A DNA stretch of 32,844 nt, taken from positions 1 through 32,844 of the IMG/VR virus record IMGVR_UViG_3300017909_002275. One strand, written 5' to 3'. This stretch comes from a virus. Lineage: Duplodnaviria > Caudoviricetes. The notes under the pieces were generated by a model, which saw nothing but the letters and a program-made list of their open reading frames with translations, was not told the DNA's origin and ran no database searches. Position numbers and translations under genes: made by a program. Of the stretch, positions 1-7,882 are shown piece by piece; positions within the stretch are counted from its first letter, which is position 1, and the number at the start of each line of letters is the position of its first letter.

Positions 1-141
1 AAGTTCAGCAGCCATCTTCTCGCGTTTAAGCTGGAACTCCATCTCCATTTTCTGTTGCTCCATCTGCAACTCAGCTTGCATTTTTTGCATTTCAGCAGCC
101 AAAGCAGGGTCTTGCTGCGGCCCAGCCTGTTGAGCAGCCTG
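1..141. repeat. Terminal 141-bp exact repeat (copy 1), circular assembly overlap
   Basis: Identical to 32704-32844; it falls mid-portal and in frame; 141 is a common maximum assembler k-mer. Confidence 0.95.
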
Positions 142-1929
142 AGCCTGTTGCATGAGTGTGGCTTCAATCTGTTCAGCAGGTGCAAAGAACTGGGAAGCAT
201 CCTTGAAACCAGAAAGTTCTGCAATCTTGGCAAGCGTATTGCGATACTGAGATAAGCTAACCATTGGGTTGTTCAACCCCATCTGCATAAGAACTTGCTC
301 TTGTTTTTGAGCAATCTGAGACAGGAAGGCAACCTGCTGGTCACGCTGCGCTGTGCCCAAGCCTACGTTGATTTGTACATCATAGGCACTTTCCCACTCA
401 CGAGGGTTCATGGGCACAAACTGATTACGCAAACGAATAATCTTTTCTTTGTTTTGATATTTCGTAACTAGATGCAAAATGCCACGGAAAAGACTACGCA
501 CACCAGTTTCTGCAAATACACGGGCAATCATTTCAATCTTGCCTTGAGAGGCAGCTTGCATAGCAGCAACAGCAGTAGCGGTTGTTGATTGCAGTGCATC
601 TGCATCCAAGCCCATTGACTGCTTGCTAATACCTGTACGCTGTTCACGAACACTGTCCATATAATTCAACGCAGGAAACACAGACGAAGATACCTCTGGA
701 ACCTGCAATGGCTGAACAGCACCAGCAGTGCGAGTTCTAACTATCCCCCCTGGCCTGTTAGTAAGTAGGTCGTCTAGGTTTACCTGACCCTCAACAGCAA
801 CAACACGGGCGTTATTTGTATTGTAAATGTTATCAAGCAACTGACGCATAAGCGTAGACTTGATAAGCTGCACATCCATGACAAGCTCTGCTACAGAGCG
901 GCCAATGGCTCTGTGCGGCATAAGAATCGGAGAGAGGACAGCAAACGGTATATGGTCAAACTCTTCATTCTCAAGAATATGATATCCGTTGCCTACAGTA
1001 AGAACCCTGCGGAACTCAGCAACACCATCACCATCATAGTCGGAGCGAATATAACATTCGGTCACAAGAACGTGACGCATGGTCGGGTCATTGCTATCAG
1101 TGGCTGAGTTTGACTCTAGGTCTTCAAATCGAGAGGTACGCTCTTCAGAAACATCTAGGTCTGTGTAACCAGCATACTGCTCAATCTCATCACGGTCATA
1201 GCCCATCGACACAAGGTCGCTGACAGTCATAGCTGAACGGTGAGCAACAAAACTAGCGTCTTCAAGGGACTTGGCTCTGTTGCCAATCAAAAACTCTTCT
1301 GGCGGTATGTTTTCAATACGCACACTGCCAGTGTTTTTTGTGCGCTTGATTTTTACATCATAGATAACAGGGGCAGGAATAACGATGCCCTCTGGCCCCT
1401 CCATGTCTTCACCGATGGTGCGCTCATCCTGACTGACAACCTCAACCTCTGGGTCTGCAACCAAGATGGTTAGCTCGTCCATGTTAAGACCTTCATACTC
1501 TTCTGTCTCAACATCTACGATTTCATCCCAATAGAATTTCACAACACCAAGTTTCAGGATAAGAGAATCCTTGAACCAGTTGTGCATGATTTCAAAACCG
1601 CGATTGTCATTGTTGATAATCCAGTTGCAGTAGTCACTGGCTTGCTCGGCAATGGCAACATCTTCGGGGCCGTGCGGGACAAAGCGCACATAGTCATCGG
1701 ACTGCGTAAAGATACGCATGAGAGATGGCATGATGTGTTCAATGGTGTCCGATACTTCCGTGCTAACGACTTGAGAGCGGTCAGTCTGCTCATTACCAAA
1801 TGGCTCACCCAGATAGTAGTCCATCGCATCAATACGGTCTTGCGAGTATTCCGTATCGTAGTGTCCTAGTGCCTGTTCAATCTCATTGCGAACAATCGCC
1901 TGAAACTCAATGTCGTTCATTTTAGCCAT
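1..1929 (-). CDS. Portal protein, 5' part (continues across the junction to 32608; about 674 aa in total)
   Basis: Absent from the ORF track. Hand translation from ATG 1929 gives MAKMNDIEFQAIVRNEIE...MDYYLGEPFGNEQTDRSQVVSTEVSDTIEHIMPSLMRIF, a typical portal N-terminus; same frame as 32608-32805; lies between terL and scaffold. Confidence 0.9.
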   Translation of the reverse strand, partial: MAKMNDIEFQAIVRNEIEQALGHYDTEYSQDRIDAMDYYLGEPFGNEQTDRSQVVSTEVSDTIEHIMPSLMRIFTQSDDYVRFVPHGPEDVAIAEQASDYCNWIINNDNRGFEIMHNWFKDSLILKLGVVKFYWDEIVDVETEEYEGLNMDELTILVADPEVEVVSQDERTIGEDMEGPEGIVIPAPVIYDVKIKRTKNTGSVRIENIPPEEFLIGNRAKSLEDASFVAHRSAMTVSDLVSMGYDRDEIEQYAGYTDLDVSEERTSRFEDLESNSATDSNDPTMRHVLVTECYIRSDYDGDGVAEFRRVLTVGNGYHILENEEFDHIPFAVLSPILMPHRAIGRSVAELVMDVQLIKSTLMRQLLDNIYNTNNARVVAVEGQVNLDDLLTNRPGGIVRTRTAGAVQPLQVPEVSSSVFPALNYMDSVREQRTGISKQSMGLDADALQSTTATAVAAMQAASQGKIEMIARVFAETGVRSLFRGILHLVTKYQNKEKIIRLRNQFVPMNPREWESAYDVQINVGLGTAQRDQQVAFLSQIAQKQEQVLMQMGLNNPMVSLSQYRNTLAKIAELSGFKDASQFFAPAEQIEATLMQQAQAAQQAGPQQDPALAAEMQKMQAELQMEQQKMEMEFQLKREKMAAEL

Positions 1930-1931
1930 GA

Positions 1932-2108
1932 CTACGCTTTCTTAGATACTTTGGCTTTTTTGCTCTTCGGTTTTGATTTTGGTTTAGGCTCTGACTTGGC
2001 CTTTGGTTTTGTCTCAACAACAGGCTCAACCTGCAAAGGCTTGCGACAGGACTTACAGTTTCCATGATAACCATTAGGGTTTGGGTATCCGCAGTGTGGG
2101 CAAATCAT
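1932..2108 (-). CDS. 58-aa Zn-ribbon (CPHC...CKSC) protein with Lys/Pro-rich tail
   Basis: Hand translation MICPHCGYPNPNGYHGNCKSCRKPLQVEPVVETKPKAKSEPKPKSKPKSKKAKVSKKA; ATGA overlap with the upstream ORF. Confidence 0.75.
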   Translation of the reverse strand: MICPHCGYPNPNGYHGNCKSCRKPLQVEPVVETKPKAKSEPKPKSKPKSKKAKVSKKA

Positions 2109-2236
2109 TTGTCTGTCTTTCTCTGTTTGCGTGGGCGACCACGTTTTTTCGGAGCAGCCTCTTCAGCAACTTTTTGAGCTTTCAGTGCAGCTTCTTTTTC
2201 AGCAGCACGGTTCCTTGTGTAAATAGTAACATACAT
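2105..2236 (-). CDS. 43-aa basic protein with AT-hook-like motif
   Basis: MYVTIYTRNRAAEKEAALKAQKVAEEAAPKKRGRPRKQRKTDK; TAATG and ATGA overlaps at its two ends. Confidence 0.75.
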   Translation of the reverse strand: MYVTIYTRNRAAEKEAALKAQKVAEEAAPKKRGRPRKQRKTDK

Positions 2237-2412
2237 TAAGAACGCTTCCTTGCTTTCTTCTTAGCAGTTTCAGAAAGGTCTGCATAGTGATAGAGCTTTT
2301 TGCTTGATGCAGTATGTCGCGCCCCACTGTGAAGCTCCCCATTCGGCATCTTGTGCATACCACCAGTATGACGAGTGCCATCTCGAAAATAGTGTGCGAC
2401 TCCCTTAGCCAT
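2236..2412 (-). CDS. 58-aa His/Lys-rich small phage protein
   Basis: MAKGVAHYFRDGTRHTGGMHKMPNGELHSGARHTASSKKLYHYADLSETAKKKARKRS; TAATG coupling on both sides. Confidence 0.8.
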   Translation of the reverse strand: MAKGVAHYFRDGTRHTGGMHKMPNGELHSGARHTASSKKLYHYADLSETAKKKARKRS

Positions 2413-2510
2413 TACGCTCTCCGCTTTCTTGTAGTTTTTCTTGCTACCTTTTTATTCTTTTTCTTATCTTTATTTTTAGAGTTGCTAGTTTTGTACATAT
2501 AACCTGCCAT
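2412..2510 (-). CDS. 32-aa very basic peptide
   Basis: MAGYMYKTSNSKNKDKKKNKKVARKTTRKRRA; GGAG RBS at 2517-2520; stop overlaps the next ATG. Confidence 0.7.
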   Translation of the reverse strand: MAGYMYKTSNSKNKDKKKNKKVARKTTRKRRA

Positions 2511-2519
2511 TTTAAACTC

Positions 2520-2795
2520 CTACCATTTTACTTTGTGTGACCAGTATTTTGCACTCAGCTTGCTTGTAGGCTTACCTTGTGCATTGTGACGAGCATAATA
2601 GCTCTTTCTACGCGCTTTTTCTTTTGCTGTCTTCGGATTTTTACCAGCACCCTTCACGCCCTGCTGACCAAAACGTATTAGGCGAACCTTGTCGCCTTCC
2701 TTTGCCAGCACAGCATGACTCTTTTTGGGATGCTTTGGAGTACGCTTCGGCTTGTTGTAACCAGCAAAACGCTCACCACGGTAAACAATAGCCAT
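2520..2795 (-). CDS. Basic conserved viral protein (DUF5754/DUF6321-like: FGQQG...YYARH...SAKYWS)
   Basis: 91-aa ORF; motif pattern recalled from marine phage and NCLDV small basic proteins. Confidence 0.75.
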   Translation of the reverse strand: MAIVYRGERFAGYNKPKRTPKHPKKSHAVLAKEGDKVRLIRFGQQGVKGAGKNPKTAKEKARRKSYYARHNAQGKPTSKLSAKYWSHKVKW

Positions 2796-2914
2796 CAGCG
2801 AATCCTCATGTGGTGTTTCGGGCCGAGTTTTTTTCGTATGTGTAGACCACGTTTTTTGTGTCTACGGCGCGTAGGTGTGCGCGGCTCAAAAACTACCAAT
2901 GTTTTCTTAGCCAT
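2795..2914 (-). CDS. 39-aa Arg/Lys/His-rich peptide
   Basis: MAKKTLVVFEPRTPTRRRHKKRGLHIRKKLGPKHHMRIR; TGATG overlaps at both ends. Confidence 0.7.
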   Translation of the reverse strand: MAKKTLVVFEPRTPTRRRHKKRGLHIRKKLGPKHHMRIR

Positions 2915-3132
2915 CAGGCTTCCCCGTAAATTCCATCATCAGTCACCCTGATAGAGCTTATAATCTGCAAATACTCTTCAGGAGACATTTCTGCCATTTG
3001 ACCACAATAGGCTGACGCAAGCCAGGTCAGGTTCAAAAGGTCATCCCATTCGACACCTGAGTCACTCAACTCTTCAAGTAGCGTAACGATGGCTTCAAAC
3101 TCTTCGCCACCCATTTCGATGTACTCATCCAT
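2914..3132 (-). CDS. 72-aa acidic hypothetical protein
   Basis: Starts MDEYIEMGGEEFE at a TGATG overlap with the terL stop. Confidence 0.75.
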   Translation of the reverse strand: MDEYIEMGGEEFEAIVTLLEELSDSGVEWDDLLNLTWLASAYCGQMAEMSPEEYLQIISSIRVTDDGIYGEA

Positions 3133-4532
3133 CACACTACCCACTTTGCTGAACCATAATTTAGCGGCCTGTTCCATTTATGTGCGCCGCCACTCTTGGC
3201 AATACTAGCACGAGTTGCAAACGTCAGGCAAAAACTGTCTGCAAGGTCAGGGGAGTTCAACCCACGCCTTTTCATCTCATCTTTGCTTTCAACCTTCAGT
3301 TTACCATTTGACGTAAACTTGAAGCGTGGCTTTGACAGGTCGTCAATCAATTCGTCTTGTTTTGGTATTGTACACTCACGGGCTTCAAACCATTCTTTTG
3401 CGAGAAACCACAACTCATCGCGTAAGCGTCCGTATCTGTCACCCATCGCGGGGGACTCAGCGACGTTAATCCCACGCACAGGTAAATCAAGTTCCATGAG
3501 GCGGTCAACAACACCAGCACCAAGACCGATACTGTCAACAAGTATTTCGGATGGCCTATCACTCCACCTAGTCGTTTCATATTCATTCAGTATAATCCCA
3601 CATATCTCCATTAGGTCTTTGTTGCGCCATGTCTTGACTGGCTCAGTCACGACATTCCCCTTACGCTTGCACAAGGCAGTTTTATCGGTGCCAAAACGTG
3701 CAACGTCCAAGCCCCAAACAACTGTCGTTGTTTCTGCGGCTTCTTGTTCACGCTCTGAGGCAGCTTGCAAGAGGTGCAACGGAACGACTACATCGTCATC
3801 GGCTTCAGGCCATTCGCCCAAAACACGCACACGATAAATATTGCTGTCCTCCCCGTACTTCATTTTCATATCATCTATGAAATTGTCGCTGACCTGACTG
3901 CTATCAGCAGAGGCCACCTTCATGGTAAACCATCTCTCTCTCATCTTGTTGAAGGCTTCGTAGAAATATCCAGATGTACGGGTCGGGTTGCCCGTCATAA
4001 CGGTCTTGGCACCCTCTGTAGACATAGCACCTTCACCAACCTCAAAGATGATATCGTCCACACCAGATGCCTCATCAATCAGAAATAGCATGTTGGGTGA
4101 GTGAAAACCTTGCAACGCCTCTGGAGTCTCTCGGCGCGCAGTACGGGCAACGGCAAAACTGTCGTGCCCTGTAAGCTCAACTTTGTCAGACTTCACTTCT
4201 ATCAAATCTTTCAGGCCGTCTGGCATACGACGATGCCACTTTGCAACCTCTGCCCATAAAATGTCTGACAACTGACTAGCAGTGTTGGCAGTACATGCTA
4301 TCCGACTAGGGGAGCGTGTCAATACCCACCAGAGTATCAACCACGAAAGAAATGCAGTCTTGCCGATACCGTGACCAGAGCGGATGGCTACACGGTCATT
4401 ATCTCTCACGGCACATAGAGCCTTGCGCTGCCACTCCTCTGGCTTGGCTTGCAGGATGGACTCAACAAACAAAACAGGGTCAAGGGCTATTGCAAGCAAC
4501 AACTCCTCTACGTCTAATTTTTTATCACTCAT
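3132..4532 (-). CDS. terL: Terminase large subunit
   Basis: Walker A SGHGIGKT, Walker B FLIDEASG, motif III TGNP, RNase H-like GLDVARFGTD...SPDLADS; AAGGAG RBS before ATG 4532. Confidence 0.95.
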   Translation of the reverse strand: MSDKKLDVEELLLAIALDPVLFVESILQAKPEEWQRKALCAVRDNDRVAIRSGHGIGKTAFLSWLILWWVLTRSPSRIACTANTASQLSDILWAEVAKWHRRMPDGLKDLIEVKSDKVELTGHDSFAVARTARRETPEALQGFHSPNMLFLIDEASGVDDIIFEVGEGAMSTEGAKTVMTGNPTRTSGYFYEAFNKMRERWFTMKVASADSSQVSDNFIDDMKMKYGEDSNIYRVRVLGEWPEADDDVVVPLHLLQAASEREQEAAETTTVVWGLDVARFGTDKTALCKRKGNVVTEPVKTWRNKDLMEICGIILNEYETTRWSDRPSEILVDSIGLGAGVVDRLMELDLPVRGINVAESPAMGDRYGRLRDELWFLAKEWFEARECTIPKQDELIDDLSKPRFKFTSNGKLKVESKDEMKRRGLNSPDLADSFCLTFATRASIAKSGGAHKWNRPLNYGSAKWVV

Positions 4533-4629
4533 AACTTCTCCTTGTAGGGGGGACAGGAAAGGGAAATAACCCGTCCCCCCAATCGGGAGCGACAAGGAGG
4601 AGAACGCTCAACCGAAACAAACTCTCCTC

Positions 4630-4647
4630 TGTGACATTTATGACACA
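4630..4647. promoter_or_regulatory. 18-bp quasi-palindrome TGTGACA-N4-TGACACA (late-operon motif copy)
   Basis: Matches motifs at 4829, 5298 and 32567. Confidence 0.45.
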
Positions 4648-4669
4648 GGTGCGGTGTTACTGGCAAGTA

Positions 4670-4765
4670 GTCTCACACAGAGACTTAGTAGTCTCACAGT
4701 GAGTCATAAACCAGTCATTAACCTATATAAGATATATCTCTTATATTTATGGCTCACACAGAGAC
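4670..4765 (+). repeat. Non-coding inverted copy of the iteron origin (2 iterons, AT-rich tract, 1 iteron)
   Basis: GTCTCACACAGAGAC 4670, GTCTCACAGTGAGTC 4691, GGCTCACACAGAGAC 4751; colinear with the reverse complement of 8571-8667, about 75-80% identity by hand. Confidence 0.8.
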
Positions 4766-4821
4766 TCGTGAATATTTCAGGAAATTTTTTGGCTAGGGTA
4801 CCTTAGCGTTTCTCAGGACGA

Positions 4822-4903
4822 AGGGGGGTGTTGCAGATATGTCACACATAGGGAGGGGTATATATAATATATAACAGCCCCCGCCCGAAAATTTAAGGGG
4901 GGC
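4822..4903. other. Candidate packaging / genome-end region (G and C runs around a TATA tract)
   Basis: GGGGGG...GGGGTATATATAATATATAACAGCCCCCGCCC...GGGGGG between terS and terL, near a compositional change. Confidence 0.35.
4829..4846. promoter_or_regulatory. 18-bp quasi-palindrome TGTTGCA-N4-TGTCACA
   Basis: 16/19 match to 32568-32586. Confidence 0.55.
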
Positions 4904-4942
4904 TAATCGCAAACTAAAATTAGAACAATTCCAAAAGTGCGG

Positions 4943-5272
4943 CTAAGTCTCTGATTTATCTGTGTATTCTGCTTCGATTATCTCGCCGCGTTTTCGTTCT
5001 TGCAATTTGATTTGAATATGCGCCAAGGCATCGCCTAGCGTGTCACCAGCGTTGACGGTCAAATCAACGTCACGCGGCAATAGTGCCGCCATACTTCTAA
5101 TCGTGCCGTTTACGTCAGTTTCTAGCGCGTCGGCTAATAGCGTAGGCAGGGATTTGCCCCTTGCATCTAGCTCAGCTAATGCCCCTTCAAAACCGTGCCG
5201 CAATTTATGGACAACCTGTTGCCCGTGCCCCGTTCCTGCTGGCCTGCCCCTTGCCTTTTTAACCACTGCCAT
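4943..5272 (-). CDS. Putative terminase small subunit
   Basis: 109 aa, N-terminal RGRPAG motif, C-terminal IIEAEY, directly upstream of terL. Confidence 0.65.
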   Translation of the reverse strand: MAVVKKARGRPAGTGHGQQVVHKLRHGFEGALAELDARGKSLPTLLADALETDVNGTIRSMAALLPRDVDLTVNAGDTLGDALAHIQIKLQERKRGEIIEAEYTDKSET

Positions 5273-5297
5273 TTTTTAATCCTTACCCCTTTGTTAC

Positions 5298-5332
5298 CGT
5301 TGCAAAAATACCACACATAAAAAAAACGTCAA
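5298..5332 (-). promoter_or_regulatory. Putative terS promoter (TTGACG-N16-TATTTT) overlapping the shared late motif
   Basis: 5299-5317 is 18/19 identical to 32568-32586. Confidence 0.55.
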
Positions 5333-5349
5333 ACCCGTTATTTTTTCTA

Positions 5350-5378
5350 TTGACACAATGCGGGGCGCGCATTATATA
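5350..5378 (+). promoter_or_regulatory. Sigma70-type early promoter
   Basis: TTGACA-N17-TATATA with upstream A/T tracts; spacer holds the inverted repeat AATGCG...CGCATT. Confidence 0.7.
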
Positions 5379-5425
5379 TAAACAGGTAAGCCCGCAATGA
5401 CGCGGCAAATCAAAAGGGAAACGGA

Positions 5426-5671
5426 ATGAAAAATGTGAAATCATATGACGCAACGATTATCGGAATTGAGCGCATGAAAAATTCACGCAATGGCAACCCC
5501 AAGTATATGCTGACATTTCAGCATGACGGGGGCGTGATAAGCGCGGCAACGAAAACCGATAGCATGATGGCGTATAGAATTGGCAATGCGAGCGGTTTAA
5601 TCGGCCACCCCGTTTATGTGAAAATTGGCACACATTACGGCACGAATACGATTGACGCCATCGGCGGTTAG
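5426..5671 (+). CDS. Early hypothetical protein (81 aa, SRNGNPKY motif)
   Basis: First ORF after the promoter; AAAAGGG RBS-like sequence. Confidence 0.75.
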   Translation: MKNVKSYDATIIGIERMKNSRNGNPKYMLTFQHDGGVISAATKTDSMMAYRIGNASGLIGHPVYVKIGTHYGTNTIDAIGG

Positions 5672-5673
5672 GA

Positions 5674-5729
5674 ATAGCCAGCGTATAAGCCCCGTTTCGG
5701 CGGGGCTTATATACGGGTTATTTCACCCG
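5674..5729 (+). promoter_or_regulatory. Intergenic structured element, copy 1 (RNase III site-like or hairpin promoter)
   Basis: ATAGCC-AGCG-TATAAGCCCCG/CGGGGCTTATA-TACG-GGTTAT-TTCACCCG; same scaffold as 6611-6667. Confidence 0.65.
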
Positions 5730-5753
5730 AAAACAGAAAAAGGGAATTTTCAA

Positions 5754-6614
5754 ATGACTAAAACAAAAGAAGCGATGCAGGCCGTTGCAAATGAAATAAT
5801 CGACCTAATGCGTGCCCATGGCACCGATTGGGCTAAGCCTTGGACTAGCAAGGGTGTCGCATACAACCTTGTATCGGGAAAGCCATATAGGGGCATGAAT
5901 AGCTTTTATCTTGGCGCGTTAACTTGCGCCCGTGGTTATGACCACAACGCATGGGCAACCTTTAAGCAATGGTCAGACAAGGGCGCGAAAATTCGCAAGG
6001 GTGAAAAAGCAAGCGATATTTTCTTTTTTAGTATGATTGAAAAAGAAAACAAAGACACGGGCAAAAAAGAAAGTTTCGGCATGTGGCGATATTTTAAGGT
6101 TTTTAATGTCGCGCAAGTGGAAGGCTATGAAATGCCAAAACAAGAAAAGCAGGCCGATATTGTGCCCGTCGAATTTGCCGAACAATTCGTGCAAAATACT
6201 GGCGCGCAAATCCGCGAAAATGACGGTCGCGCATTTTATCACCCGACGCTGGACTATATCGGTATGCCGCAACGTGACACGTTCAAAAGCGCAACGGGTT
6301 ATTATTCAACCTTGCTTCACGAATTAACACACTGGACGGGTCACGAAACACGTTGCAAGCGTGACCTGGAAAATAGTTTCGGGTCGGAAAAATATGCGCG
6401 GGAAGAATTAGTCGCAGAATGCGGCGCGGCTTTGCTTTGCATGTCATTAGGGGTTGAGAAGCAACCGACCCCCGAACATGCAAAATATCTCAATAGCTGG
6501 ATGCAAGCCATTGCCGACGACTATAAGGCTATCTATAGCGCAATGTCGCAAGCACAAAAGGCGGTTGATTATCTGGAAGGATTGCAAACAGAGCAGGCTA
6601 TAGCGGCGGAATAA
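5754..6614 (+). CDS. ardC: ArdC-like anti-restriction protein (ssDNA-binding domain + zincin metallopeptidase)
   Basis: W.KPW, YRGMN, WATFKQW...IRKGEK, VFNVAQ, AFYHPTLDYIGMP, LLHELTHWTG, YAREELVAE, YLNSW. Confidence 0.9.
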   Translation: MTKTKEAMQAVANEIIDLMRAHGTDWAKPWTSKGVAYNLVSGKPYRGMNSFYLGALTCARGYDHNAWATFKQWSDKGAKIRKGEKASDIFFFSMIEKENKDTGKKESFGMWRYFKVFNVAQVEGYEMPKQEKQADIVPVEFAEQFVQNTGAQIRENDGRAFYHPTLDYIGMPQRDTFKSATGYYSTLLHELTHWTGHETRCKRDLENSFGSEKYAREELVAECGAALLCMSLGVEKQPTPEHAKYLNSWMQAIADDYKAIYSAMSQAQKAVDYLEGLQTEQAIAAE

Positions 6615-6667
6615 CCAGCGTTATAGGGTGCCCATGTGGTGCCCTATAATACGGGTTATTTTGCCCG
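6611..6667 (+). promoter_or_regulatory. Intergenic structured element, copy 2
   Basis: ATAACC-AGCG-TTATAGGGTGCC/GGTGCCCTATAA-TACG-GGTTAT-TTTGCCCG. Confidence 0.65.
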
Positions 6668-6687
6668 AATATGCAAAGGGGAAAGAC

Positions 6688-7416
6688 ATGTTTACACAAT
6701 TTACGCAAACAAGCCGCAATCGAAAAACGGGCGCAATATCAACCACCATGACCAGTGCAAAGTCATGCCCTAATGATTGCCCATTGAAGGGCGCGGGTTG
6801 CTATGCCGATGGCGGCGCAACCGCTATAAATTGGCGCAAAATTACGGGCGGCGAAATGGGCTTGCAATGGCAAGAATTTATTGGCGCGGTTAAAACAAAA
6901 ATAATAAAGGGCGCGTTGTGGCGGCATAACGTGGCAGGCGATTTGCAAAGCGACGGGGTGACAATTGACGCGCCAAAACTTGCCGAATTGACAAAAGCAA
7001 ACAAGGGCAAGCGCGGGTTTACATATACGCACCACAACACGCTAAACCACGCCGAAAACCGCGAAGCGGTACGGGCGGCAAACGCTGGCGGCTTTACCGT
7101 CAATTTGTCAGCTAATAACCTAGCCCATGCCGATGCATTGGCGGCGCAAGATATTGCGCCCGTTGTGTCGGTATTGCCTGCCGAATATCAGCGCGGCAAA
7201 AAAGAGGGCTTGCAAGAATACAAAGCGCGAGTTTCTCAATTGCCTAAACAAACACCTAAAGGGCGGCGCATTACTGTTTGCCCCGCCACGTTTATTGACG
7301 TTGTGAATTGCGCCAATTGTGGCCTATGTCAAAACCAAAACCGCAGGGCTATAGTCGGCTTTCCTGCTCATGGTTTTAGAACGAAAAAAGCCGACACAAT
7401 TGCGAAAGGAAATTAA
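6688..7416 (+). CDS. Cys-rich Gp88/DUF7227-like (radical-SAM-like) phage protein
   Basis: SCPNDCPLKGAGCYA, RHNVAGD, FTYTHH, NLSAN, CPA...CANCGLC...FPAHG. Confidence 0.65.
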   Translation: MFTQFTQTSRNRKTGAISTTMTSAKSCPNDCPLKGAGCYADGGATAINWRKITGGEMGLQWQEFIGAVKTKIIKGALWRHNVAGDLQSDGVTIDAPKLAELTKANKGKRGFTYTHHNTLNHAENREAVRAANAGGFTVNLSANNLAHADALAAQDIAPVVSVLPAEYQRGKKEGLQEYKARVSQLPKQTPKGRRITVCPATFIDVVNCANCGLCQNQNRRAIVGFPAHGFRTKKADTIAKGN

Positions 7417-7420
7417 AGCG

Positions 7421-7636
7421 ATGAAATGTATTCATTTTGATAAATCGCCTATGGGCTTTCATGTCTATCAAGAGGGCGAAAAACACCCCGTTGGCTGGCT
7501 CAAGCAAGCTAACGGGTACGGCTCTAATGATTATTATATAATTCACAACCGCTTGAAAGCAGACAGGCGGGGCACGGCTTTCCCATTGCGGGAAGCTAAA
7601 AAACTAATCACTAAACTAATCAAGGGGGAAGGATAA
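7421..7636 (+). CDS. Early hypothetical protein (71 aa)
   Basis: AAAGGA RBS, ATG 7421, operon position. Confidence 0.65.
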   Translation: MKCIHFDKSPMGFHVYQEGEKHPVGWLKQANGYGSNDYYIIHNRLKADRRGTAFPLREAKKLITKLIKGEG

Positions 7637-7640
7637 GACA

Positions 7641-7856
7641 ATGTTTACATTTATGATTTTTTGCATGATGGCTGGCTGGATTTTGTTGATTGCTATCTAT
7701 GGCGGGGCGCATTTATACGGGCACATAACGTCACGCCCCCAAAAAGTGACGGTGCGGTTAATCACGAATTGTGGCGGCAGAAACATAGGCCATTGGCTGT
7801 ATGATGAACACCACATAGACCAACCCGCATACCTGCGGAGACAAGAGAACACATAA
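7641..7856 (+). CDS. Small membrane protein
   Basis: N-terminal hydrophobic helix; ends IDQPAYLRR. Confidence 0.65.
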   Translation: MFTFMIFCMMAGWILLIAIYGGAHLYGHITSRPQKVTVRLITNCGGRNIGHWLYDEHHIDQPAYLRRQENT

Positions 7857-7882
7857 GCCGTTTTTCCCTTTACGGCTTATCG

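Noticed and set aside
3196-3837. Long antisense ORFs (for example 3196-3837, 11078-11566, 13930-14427, 22101-22550)
   Set aside because: They are shadows of well-supported genes on the opposite strand, with no RBS or recognisable motifs
5625-5753. Longer N-termini in the ORF track for ArdC (5625), the 6628 ORF, terL (4595) and the exonuclease (10086)
   Set aside because: The extensions run through hairpins or promoter DNA; downstream ATGs have RBSs and fit the family starts
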